NCBI GenBank assembly: GCA_039545335.1 | Contig: BCIN01000002.1 | Span: 124,001-188,000, forward strand | From: Kondoa subrosea | Taxonomy: Eukaryota | DNA length: 64,000 nucleotides | Direction of reading: 5' to 3' | Notes under the pieces: generated by a model | Told to the model about the DNA's origin: nothing | Databases searched by the model: none | What the model saw: the letters and a program-made list of their open reading frames with translations, nothing else | In this document: in pieces, positions 36,633-47,806 of the stretch | Layout of the letters: every line of letters starts with the position of its first letter | Position numbering within the stretch: position 1 is the stretch's first letter | Made by a program: the position numbers and the translations under genes

Positions 36633-39142
36633 ATGAGGATTTCAGCTCAATTATTGGCTTTGGCCATCGCTTCTTTCTCTACACTTTCAGAAGCTCGCAT
36701 GCAAAGAGAATCCGCTCATCGTCAATTGGCACGCAAAGTTGCTAAGCGTGAGTTTTCCATATTGTCGAACTTCAAATGAGGTCAATGCTGATATTTTGTT
36801 GAAGGAGGAGGAGTGGCATACAGTGCTTTGATGTACTGGGGTCCTCAGAACAACGAAGCTGGGTCAGTCTCTGATGTATCATATATTTAAGAGAAACTCA
36901 AGATGAAAGCGAACAGTGCTTGCGGTGAAATTCACTCTGATGATCAGCCACTGGTTGGCTTGCAGACTGCTATGTTCGGTCAAGGTAATGAATGCGGCAA
37001 GTCAGTAAAACCTCTTTCTTGCAATTCTAGACCAAAGCTGAATTAGGTCTCAGATTCGTTGAAATTCGAAACACTGCAAACAACAAGACTGTTACTGCTC
37101 CCGTAAGTGCTTGATGAAGTTGCTCATTTGAGCTGTTATTCATTTGGGTTGCTTACAGGTCTACGACTCATGCGCTGGTTGCCAAGATTCGAACGATCTC
37201 GTTTCCTCTATCTATACTTTCCAAGGTCTAGGCGGAAACTTAGATGATGGTGTTCTCAATGTCGTCTGGACTTTCGTTGATGCTCCAGCCAAGAAGACAG
37301 AAGAGAAGAAAATCGCTGCTGCACCTGCTAAAGTTGAATCGCAATCTAAAGCCATGAAGAAAGTAGCTGCTAAACCTGCTGCTGTTGAAGAAGAGAAAGC
37401 CCCAATGGACCACAAAGCTACTGAACCTGTTCTCAAAAAAGCTCCCGAAGATGGTTGCGAAGAAAACGATGCACCAGCCGAGAAGGTTGCTGAACCTAAA
37501 GCTGAAGAGAAAGTTGAAGAATCACCTGCTGCTGCTAAAGCACCTGAACCTTCTCCTTCTCCTGATCTCACAGCAAATGCCCGAGTAGCTATGAAAGCAC
37601 CTGAAACACAAGAAGACGCTGCTCCTGCTCCTTCTCCTTCTCCAGCTGATACGCCTGCTCCATCCGCTGAAGGTTTCAAAATGACTCATAATCTTAGAGG
37701 ACAAGAGCTTCTCAACTTCTTCAACATGGAAACCGCTTCTGGAGATAATGGTGGTTTCGCCAACTGGGTCAGCGATGGTTCTCTTCAATATGTCAATGCT
37801 CAAGGCAACGTCGTTCTGGCTACCGATGATACTCAAGTAGTTGATTCTCGCAAGGTTGGCTCTCAATTCTCTACCTCCCGAGAGCTTATTGACGAAATTG
37901 AATAGACTACTCGAGCTGTTTCGAAAGAGACTTTCAACAAGGTGAAATCTTCTTTCCTCATAGATTGGAAGATTGGTCAGTCGCTGACAACGATGTCTAG
38001 GGTCTCTTCATTTCTCAAATTACGCATATGCCTTCTACATATGGTTCTTGGCCATCTGTGAGTTTCATGTGCGATTCGCTGCCGATAACGGCATTGAGCT
38101 GAACGTATGATCACAGTTCTGGCTTGTTGGAGATGATTGGCCAAACCACGGTGAAATCGATATGTAAGTTGAAGTAAAGCCTACAGTCAGCCATGTTCTG
38201 ATCGGTTCTTAATTCAACTTACAGCTTGGAAGGTGTTGGTAGCTTCACGCACAATGCTGCTTCAGTGCACACCGGTCCTGGATGCTCTATGCCTGCCAAC
38301 GTCCTGTCGCAGACAACATCCAAATTCATGATGAACGGACCTCAGCAAACCAATTGCGACGCTGATGCTACCAGTGAGTATGATTTCAGGTAAATTTTGA
38401 TTGATGTGCTCACACAAGAGCACCGCGTTCAGACACTCAAGGATGTGGTCTTCGTGACCAGACTCCCAATACTTTGTACGCTTCAGTCTTACAGCTAACC
38501 TTTCTTCTGCTTACAACTCGATATAGCGGTCCTGGCTTCAACAACGTTGGCGGAGCTTACGTAGCTGTTCATATCACCGATGACTGTCAGTCACCATGGT
38601 CAAGCAACACATACGGATAGCTGATGTTCTAATATAGTCGTCAAGGTTTTCCAATGGTCTGGTGATTCTGCTCCAGCAGATGTCAAGAACGGCTCACCTG
38701 CACCAAGCACCTGGGACAAGCCATCGCTCTACTTGCCAAACACTTCTTGCGACATCGGACAACACTTCCAAAACCTTCAGCTAGTCTTGCGAGTTTTTTT
38801 TTCTTTGGAGGAATTGCTCGATCACAATGCTAATTTATGTGCGACAGCTCCACTAACATCTGTGGTCAATGGCCAGCCGATCTCTGGTGAGTCTTTGAGA
38901 GCCTTGTATGATATGAACACTGTTCTAACATCGCCTCAACTTGCAGGAACTCGGACGTCTCATATGCCGGTCAAATGCAGTCATCTGCGCAAGCTACTGG
39001 TACCGATGTGAGCTTGAGCGTCGTATCTATCTCTGCATTGTACTAATGCTCGTTGTAGTCTTGCTACGACTACGCTCACACACAAGGCAAAGCGTTCGGC
39101 GATGCATTCTTCGAAATCGCTTCCATTTCAATCTTCTCATAA
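36633..39142 (+). CDS. Secreted RlpA-like DPBB (loosenin/expansin-like) domain fused to GH16 (fungal Lam16-type) glucanase
   Basis: Signal peptide; GACG...CGK...VYDSCAGC..NDL...F..L...DDGVLNVVW (DPBB); A/E/K/P-rich linker; GSWPSFWL, WPNHGEIDILEG (ExDxxE), GPGFNNVGG, ICGQW. Confidence 0.88.
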
Positions 39143-39446
39143 GTCATCTGGAAAAGAAGATTATATAACACCTCCTTCAGCACTTTGTGGAGCTGGTCTT
39201 TCTGAAGTTTGCTGGAAGAGGGCAAGTACAGTATTTATTTAAAGGCAAGCTAATCTAGATTATAGCTTTAGTATCAAGTCAATGTATCCTTCGTTAAGCA
39301 TCGCATATGTATAAAGTTCTATCGTTACTTTCCTCTCCGACCCTCGCGACCTTTCGTGAATTGACGACAACAATAATGATATAATGCAACGGTGTCTAAA
39401 ACAGATCTTGATGTATAACAGAGTGTCCTTTTCCCCCTCTACACCA

Positions 39447-40688
39447 CTAAAGCACTCCTTTATGTATCGGTCCTGGCGCGCGGTAAGGCGGCGGATCTTC
39501 TTCTTGAAATTCAGCATCTTGTGCTTGAATACGGCTGAAAAGTCTATTAGTCTAACCGAAGGTTCTGCAGGATCAATCTCGCTGACCTAGATGAAGCACG
39601 TCCTGAGGTGCGATCAGATGCTTGATTACTCCTTAGACCACTTAGACCAAAAGAAGCGAGATCGTGAGGATCAGGATCTGCTGCTGCGTTGTTATCCGAA
39701 AAAGGATCTTGATGTGATACGCTGGACAAAGGTGTTACTGGCGGTGTAGAAAGATAAGTAGAAGAAGGGATAGGAAGTAAAGGATAAGTCGTTATAGGTA
39801 CTGGTTTGGTGTAATCTTCTTCAGACAGACTGTTTCCACCTATGGAAATTCTGTTCTGTCTCCTCCTTCTCTTTTTCCGCCTGAGGAGTATCCAAACTAG
39901 CACAAGGAGCGAGACTCCGACTGCCGCGGCTACGACTCCGCCTAAGATGGACCATTTTGTAGTACTTGACGACGATGGTGCTGATGGATCGGTTATTTGA
40001 AATTCGATGAAGTCGATGGCTCTACGAGTACACATACTCAGCATTAGTTATGATTCGATGTATGCAGAAAGAGCTTACAAAGTTTTGCCTTCTTGTGCTG
40101 TTGTGTTCCCGATATTGGTAAGGGTTACTATATGATGCTGGAGAGGAAGAAGAGGAGTTGAGTAAGTGATCAGAGGACTGGTCGTCGATGTTTGTGTGCC
40201 GTCTATTGACAAAAGAACGATTCAAGAGACAGGTCCGGTTGCGTGGAAGGCCGATGTTACTTACTTAAGTTGAGACTCGCATATGCACTATGCGCTCCGA
40301 AGTCTGTTCCATCGACTAGACCGCAACGAGCATCAGACATTGTACAAGTGATGCATAAATATAGTGGACATACTGTCTATCCTAAAACTGCCCTAGTAGC
40401 TCACCGAATAAGCCAGCAGAACCGCTACAATATCTCTACAAGCTCACAAGATCGATATTCTGGACAGTACTGGTCAGATATCGATGATAGAGATGCTTTA
40501 AAGATCTAATGACTGACCTGATCTGCCCAGAGCGAAAACGCAGAGAAAGTGAAGTCAAACGAGACTTGAGCACCAATGATTGCTGTCTCAGTTATCCTTC
40601 CTCCGCTGTAGTAGCTTTCATAGGCAAAAGACCAGCCAGGACTATATCTCAGACCATTGTTGTCGTCTTGCCAAGTCACGTTCGCCAT
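39447..40688 (-). CDS. Single-pass membrane protein with beta-rich ectodomain and cytoplasmic PPPY motif
   Basis: N-terminal DDxxxxLRYSPGW motif; TM ILGGVVAAAVGVSLLVLVWILL followed by RRKKRRR; spliced tail EEDPPPY. Confidence 0.7.
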
Positions 40689-40999
40689 AGGAAAGCTCCT
40701 CTTTCCTATTTCTCTTCAGATGTAATACCGGAGTATGACCATATTTGGTAGCCTCTGTACTCTCAGTTGTAGTCCGTGATAGAAAAAAGATCAAACCAAA
40801 AAAAACGACCCGAGCGAGACAGGGCGTGAGCATTGAGTAACATTAATAATGAATTTCGAGATTGTGAGCCATGCTAGGGCCAATCAGTAAGCTCAAATGT
40901 GTGTCCTCTGCGCAGAAATACACGTATAATTTCGCGACAGTGTATTACATAAGCAAGAGGCGCGGTCAAGACGCGTCCTAATCCTCTCAAAGACTTCAC

Positions 41000-42260
41000 T
41001 TACAGGCTGTACCAATACCTGCGGAGGGCAACATACTTGATTGATAGCGAAGTTGACGAAACTTGTGTCAAATAAGGTGAGGCTGAAAAAAAAGAGGACT
41101 TGGAGAAAAGTCGTAAAGAATTAGCGAGAGGTATACTGGACCATGCTTAATGCTTGAACGAGTACTGCGAAGACAGGGCTGTTGGCTGATCCCCGCATAT
41201 ACGTAAGATACCTCATAGCCAAATAAGTACGAGGAACACAAAACAGTAAGATAAAGGGAAGAAAAGAAAGTATAAAAAGACGTTTTTTAGGAAGCGCTTG
41301 AGAACAAGGCTATCTAAGAGGGGTATACCATAGCAGAGGTCAGGTGTGTAAGCCCGGCGAACCGGTTGTTACCGCACTCTAAGCGTCCCGGCTGCACAAA
41401 TGGGTATCATCGGGGACTTTTTAGGATATAAGTTGTCAAGAATGAGAGAAGAAGGAAGAAAAAGAAATCAGACTTTTGATGTCCTTCGCCACGCAAGGAT
41501 TTGCAAAAGCAGCCTAGAGAAGGCTTGACACGATTCTGACTACCTAGATGAACTTCACTCGTAGCAGGCCGGACCGCGTGGAAACACGCGTAAATACGCG
41601 CTACAAGAATTACAAACGCTCCTCAGGGTACTTTGAGAGCATTCGAAGGCATCAACCTACAGAAAGTGAGAGCGAGAACTAAGCGAGATCATCCCGACAA
41701 TTCATGAATATCGCTGAGCAACAGCGCAGAATCAAGAAGATCAGGTGCTGGCAAGAGAAAGCAGGCTTGAATAGGGAACAGATAGCACCACCAAATACGG
41801 TCAAATCGAGTGAATATAGCAACGATCATTCTTTGCAAGCATAAAACTGTCCGCTCAACCTAAATGACTCCTTGACAATCCCTTGAAGCTCATCCATAAC
41901 AGTCTTTGCCAACTTCACACTCATCGCATTACGCACAAGACAATCGATTATCATGAACATGCATTTCCGTGAAGAAAGCGCGTCTCCAATCAATTGCCAG
42001 CACCTAACACAACATTTCGGAAACCAACAAAGACCGGCTAAGCTTGCAGAGAAGGAAAACCAGAAGAGATGCAAAAAGTTGAGCAAAATTTCTTTTGATC
42101 TGAGGAAGCGGAACGCCGCTAAGCCCACGCCTTTTGGAGACTCGAGCAAAGAGGAACTTGAGCTGCCTCTTTTGATTGCTGCAAACCTCCGAGAAGGAAT
42201 ACAGCTATCCACTAATGAGAAAGAAAAGACACTTTGGTGAAATTTCCCTGTGGTCATCCG
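41000..42260 (-). ncRNA. Candidate long structured non-coding RNA (identity unknown)
   Basis: No credible CDS. A series of stems with G-U pairs that work on the minus strand, separated by U-rich linkers (see findings). Boundaries are approximate. Confidence 0.35.
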
Positions 42261-42386
42261 CAAGGCACGTGACTGATAGCACAAAATTTACAAACAAGCT
42301 TGCACTGTTTTGAGACAAAAAGAGCCTTCAATCTTGACGCGAAACTTGCATGAGCTCTGGAGCAGCAGAGCGGTATACCCTAATAG

Positions 42387-45212
42387 ATGAGTGATGTTAC
42401 CCGTCTGAGCGTAAAAGTGTCCTACACGCTGGTTCCTTCACCTCAAGTCTTTTATGCGCGCATTCGTCAACCGATTCCAGTGACCAAAGAAGAGCCAGAC
42501 TCGAGTTTTGCTCAAGTCTCACTAAAAGCATGCCTCTCTGCCATTTGTAAATCGCGTCCGGAACTGGTCTTGGACTTGAACAACTTGGATTACTCTATCG
42601 CTTCCTTGGATTATCAAGAGACTCAATATGCTAGAGCTTGCAAAGCTGAGGATCAAGCTAAAGGTCTCTTTGTCTCGCCTATCAAGACAAACGGAACGGA
42701 CAAAGTTTGGGAAGGCAAGGGTCTGCTTTCTTGGGCATTGCAATCAACAGACGACGCAGATGGCGAACTCATTGTAGGCAAAGTGGATAGCAGAAGCTCT
42801 TCGTTGGAAGTCTGTCTGCAACTGACAGAGGTTCGTGATCCGGCTCTTTACGCGTTCGAGAGTTGGAAGTTCACCAATTGCAAACAGCGCAAGGCTGTCT
42901 CGAAGCCTTCTTTTCTCGACTCCCTCTATTCTTCGTCAGCTTCGTCAGCGTTCCCAGCTTCTGCATCTCCAGCTTCAGCAAACGGTCTCTCGCCATCATG
43001 CTTTGACGATTCATTAGCAGCTGCTTCAGCAACAAGCGCTTCTTCTTGGCCAGACCAACAGCCGCTCAAAGCAGATGTGATGATCAACGTCATACAGCCT
43101 ACACCTGTCCGTCCAGAACCGGGTACCAGTAGACCGATTTCGCCTTCATCTTCTTCACCCGCAGCTACCGCAGCAAACAACGCGAAGCGAGCTTTATCTG
43201 CGCCGCTCAACTCTCCTCTGCTATCCGTATCTGAAGAAGCAACAAGCACGACAAATGCAGGAAATCCACAACATGCTCAAGCTCTAGCAATGATGCAACA
43301 AATCATTCCCCAGTATTTGGCAAACCCAGAACAGTATTCGGCAGTCATGCCTTTTATTCAGACTATCGCTTCTTACCTTGCTCAACCTCAATCGCCTTCA
43401 ACAGCTGCTCAAATCAACATGCCAATGATGGACAATCTCATGGCTCTGGTAGCTTCTCAACGACTATCTTCTGCTCCTTCTTCATCTTCTGCTTTACCTC
43501 AGCCTCAAGCATCAACTTCTGGTACTACGACAAAATCAGATTCCCTTAGATCTTCAAAGAGGAAAAGAGATTCTTCTGCACCACCTTCTTCTTCTGCTGT
43601 AGTAGATCAAGAACTTCAACCTGAAAAGAAAGGAAAGAAGGGTAAAGGCAAAGCAAAAGCTGCAGATTCTTCAGCAACATCGAAACCTGACGTCCCTGGA
43701 CAAGATGAAGAACCGAAGATGAAGTATGATCCTATTGGTTGTACCAATTGTGCGACGCATTATGCTACTCTGTGGAGAAAGAGTAAGAAGGATCCAAAAG
43801 ATCGATTATGTAACGGTACGTTTCGGTTTCTTCTATTGCTGTTTTACGGCTTGAAATGACGCGAATTGTACAGCCTGCGGTGTATACTTTAATCGCCTTG
43901 GTGTACATCGGCCTCCTGACGGTTTCACTAATCAACGAATCCCAGCTGCACCAACGAACGGGACAAGAGCTTCTTCAGCTTCTCTCACTCCCACTCTACC
44001 TGCTCTCGATGCTTTCTCTGCCGCTTCGACAGCTATGAAGCCTTCCATGACCTCTCCACCTCGAAGACCAGCGATGGACGAAGTTCGCAGATCGCCTCGA
44101 AGGCATACTATTGCGGCTTCTTCGCCTGTCCGACCTTCTATCCCAAATTTCGTCACTACAGATAGTCCCGGTACTGCTCTGAATCGGATAATGTCCGACG
44201 CAGTAGGATCGACAGAAGTGGTGGATCAGCCAAAGAAGAAACGAATCAAAGCACAACCTACATCTTCTAAACGAGCCAAAGATGAGATTCGATCCGATCA
44301 TTTTAATGACGACTTCTTCAAACACAGTTCTTTCCCCTCTTCAAATGCTTTAGGACCAGCTACTTCTGCTTCGATGGCTTCTTCCTCTATGTTTTCTGAA
44401 CCTTGGCAGCCTCAATCTGATGTCTTTAACGCTCTGACATCCGAAATGGATCCTCTACAACCTCGAAAGAAATCTTCTTCTTCACCTAGACGAACCCTTT
44501 CCTCTAGCAGTGGATTAGAACCAGCCTTTGATTTCAATGCTCTGTTCAGTGATGCGGATTGGTCAGCAGATAATCAAGCAATGGACACGAATGCATTGTT
44601 TTCGGATGCAACCACAAGTCATCAGCAATCTTTTCGTCAAGCTGTTACTATAAACAAAGGAAAAGATGTTTTCCCTGATATCCCACCTTCTTCACCACCT
44701 TTCAAACATCTTTTACCTCATTCTACTACTACAGCTTCAGAATCTGGTGAATCTCCAGATGCTTTGACGCCTATAAGTAATCCAACAACTTCTTCCGTTA
44801 CAGCAGCAGGAGGAGAAGGAAGTAATGTAGTTTGGTCAGAAGAAGCTGTAGCTGCTTTACATCATGCTTGGACTCAAGAGAACCCGAATTTGGATTTCAC
44901 AGGCTTGGGTTTCGATTTATCTGGATTGATGAATGGTGATGCTTCTTCTTCGAATCAAGGAGGAGAAGGTGGACAGCAAGCTACTTTGCAAGATTTGTTG
45001 GCTGGTTTAAGTAATGGTTTGAGTCCTGCTTCTAATGTTGGTACTCCGCCTGTGGTAACTCAAGGGCTGGATGTTGGGTTGGTCAAGAATGTGGATGCGC
45101 AGACCGCTATGGGTGAGTCTGAAGTTGATCTTTTGGTTTTGCAAATACTGACTGGTGACCAAAACAAACAGATATTTGGGATCAAGAAGTCAAAGCTCGA
45201 TTCAACATGTAG
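42387..45212 (+). CDS. Ams2/Spt21 N-terminal domain + GATA zinc-finger transcription factor
   Basis: VKVSYTL...AQVSLKACLSAICKSRPELV...DYSI.SLDY.E...VWEGKGLLSWAL (Ams2/Spt21-N-like); GATA CTNCATHYATLWRK...LCN|ACGVYF. Confidence 0.82.
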
Positions 45213-45598
45213 CGAGAGCAGTACAATAGAGGGCAATACGACTAGTAGGGTGGTGTGCAAAGTTTGTAATCGTTTGAAGAAGCAGCAAAAGCAAAGAAAA
45301 GCAGTGATTTGTAACAGTATAGGACTTGAAATTCGTTTAGCAGTAAAAGAGTATTCGTGCATGCAAGATTTGTATTCCATTAAGACTTCTTAATTACTCG
45401 ATAAAGGGACTTCGCCATACTCAGAAAGCTGTCTCATAGAGAGCTGAATCATGCAAAGCTGTGTCATCTCCTGTGCATAACAACAAGCCGAAATCTGATT
45501 GCCAAGATTTGAATTCTCTACGGGCACAAGTTGACATCATCACTACCAAAAAAGTGTACGTTGAAAGCTCACTGATATAGGCATAGGCTCATCATCCC

Positions 45599-46613
45599 TT
45601 ACTTGGCGGTTTTCTCCTCCTTCTGTGCCAACCTAGAGCAAAGCTTCTTGTGATCATACTCCTTCCAATCCTGTCGCTGACATTCAGTAGAGCAGTACAT
45701 CTACATGAAGTTGTCAGTGAGACAGAGGCGCAAAAGAAGTGAGAGTATTGACCTGTTGTCGACAACCAGAGCATTTCTTGTACTCCTTGCGATCTAAAGT
45801 TCCTTCACCTGGTACGATTTCGCTTTGATATCGACCGCAAATACAAGTGAAGGAGCTTGTTGCTCCATACATCTTGATATTTATATCCTCGAGCGATTGA
45901 TCCATGAATTTATGTACTTGTAAAACTCGTTCTTCGGTATTAGGGATCAAAGAGATTCTTCGGAATGCGGCAAATTGAGGCTCGTTGATGTAACATTGTA
46001 AGAGTACTCGAAGTTTGACAGATTCTAGACCGGCTGTAATGTACTTTTCGAAAGCTTCTGGATTGGCAAAAGCACGCAAATCGGCAGAATCTTGAGCACG
46101 ACGTGGTTTTCGCAAAGTATTGACGTGTTCTAGGATATTGATGTTGCTGACAAGGAAAGGTATCAGACCAAAGAATTCCACTTCGACATCCCAAGGCTTT
46201 CCCTCCGGTCTCAACCAGTTCTCATTGTAGCGCAAAATACAAGTGATGTATGCATCGACAGCTTGACTGCGCATTTCCAATGGACACCCCTTGAGGTATT
46301 CTGATAAGTTGAGATACCTGCTCACTAAATTTTTGGCGACTCGAGTCGTAGAGGTGACTTTCGCGATAGCCAAATGTTTGACAGCGCTCAACACAGCACC
46401 AGGAGCTGAAGATGTAACCATACGATAAAGCGGCTCCAGACCAACCCATTTGTTGTGACCATCGGCCAGGACAACTTGCTGGATTTCAGTAGCGATAGCG
46501 TCCAATTCCTTCCAATTCCCAGTCTCCAAGCACTCTACTACGCTTGCGCGCTTCTCTCTCATCAGCTTCATGCATCCGGACGATAAAATTCCGCGGTCTC
46601 TAGGTGAACTCAT
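45599..46613 (-). CDS. MYND-type zinc-finger protein
   Basis: CICG...KKCSGCRQ|...YCSTECQRQDWKEYDHKKLC. Confidence 0.8.
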
Positions 46614-46807
46614 GTTTGATGCAGCGATAGAATGAAGGGGTATACAGCTGTCGAGATATCGAGTCGAGGCGACAAAGGTATACAGCCTGATCAACAGCTG
46701 ATGTTGTATATCTCAATGCAATGCGCTGGTGGTTTGGGTCGAGGAGCAGAATTTAATAGAGCACCTTTGTACTCTCAACAACAAGCTCAACAACAAGCGC
46801 ATGATAA

Positions 46808-47602
46808 TCAGAAAGCTGTATCGTCTCCTGTACATAACGTTGAGCTGTAGTCTTGCTGCAAATACTGGACTGACCTGCTGTTCCACCTTCGCGCAGAGCC
46901 TCAATTTCCCTTCGACTGCAAGATGATGATATGAGTACTGCCAAGGAAGAGTGTGTGCGCTTAAAGCTTACTCGTCGGTCCCTGGCCTCGCGTAAGTCTC
47001 GCGAGGTGGTACTTTCTCGACGTTGTAATGTATATGGCCAGTGTTTCCAGGTGCGGCTATTACATAAGATCAGCCAGAAACGTATACCGCTTGACGAAAA
47101 CTTACAAGGATCAGGCAGAGGTCGACCGTGCGGATTCATATCGCTTCCATCATCCTTGAAACCTAGAGTACGTGAGAGTTGAACATTTGTACTTTTACGC
47201 TTTGCAAAGAAACAAATAGGCCGCACCTAGGTTATCTTCTTCCGTTACGCCCCGATCATGATGAGAGGTATGATGAGCTGCTTCGTCCAAAGATTCTCGA
47301 GGAGCGTAAGAAGAGAGACCAGCTCCAGATGTTTGACCTTGATCTGTGCGACATTAATCATTGCATAAGCCAAGACAGGCTAAGCCAATGAGCATGTACG
47401 CACTATCGTTCGTTATTCCTTGATGGCCATAAGAATCCTGTTGAGCTTCTGCGGCATCTTCTGCTGGTCTATGTTTCTCGCCGACCTGTCCTTCGCCCCG
47501 AGGTCTTAGCTAGCTTATAGCTTAGGCCATCGGACGACGGACGATATGTTTGTCCCCTTCATGCTTGAGAAAGTCGTTGACTTTATGTATCAACCCAGAC
47601 AT
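46808..47602 (-). CDS. Small hydrophilic (hydrophilin-like) protein; either ends at 47245 or continues via an apparent -1 frameshift
   Basis: MSGLIHKVNDFLKHEGDKHI|VGEKHRPAEDAAEAQQDSYGHQG...HHD. Downstream exons GVTEEDNL|GFKDDGSDMNPHGRPLPDP|SAPG...GDDTAF* have canonical introns. Confidence 0.5.
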
Positions 47603-47806
47603 TCTTGTCTATGTTGAATCTATTCCTGAATGTCCAACAGACGTGACTCTGAGCTTCCAGCTGCAAATGAAGGGTAGACATACAGTATCAGAGTAGACGT
47701 AGAGCAGCTTGCGTACCCAAATTCAGAAGGATACAGTTAGTGAAGAACCGTCGCGTCATTCGAAAATCCCAAACATAATAACATTGTCCATAGTGTGCAG
47801 TACAAC

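Noticed and set aside
41338..41415. Box C/D snoRNA-like GATGATA...CTGA on the minus strand
   Set aside because: Imperfect C box, no terminal stem and no convincing rRNA guide of 10 nt or more; retained only as part of the broader structured-RNA candidate.
41826..42284. 152-aa minus and 95-aa plus ORFs in the long intergenic region
   Set aside because: No motifs or protein-like composition; the region looks non-coding.
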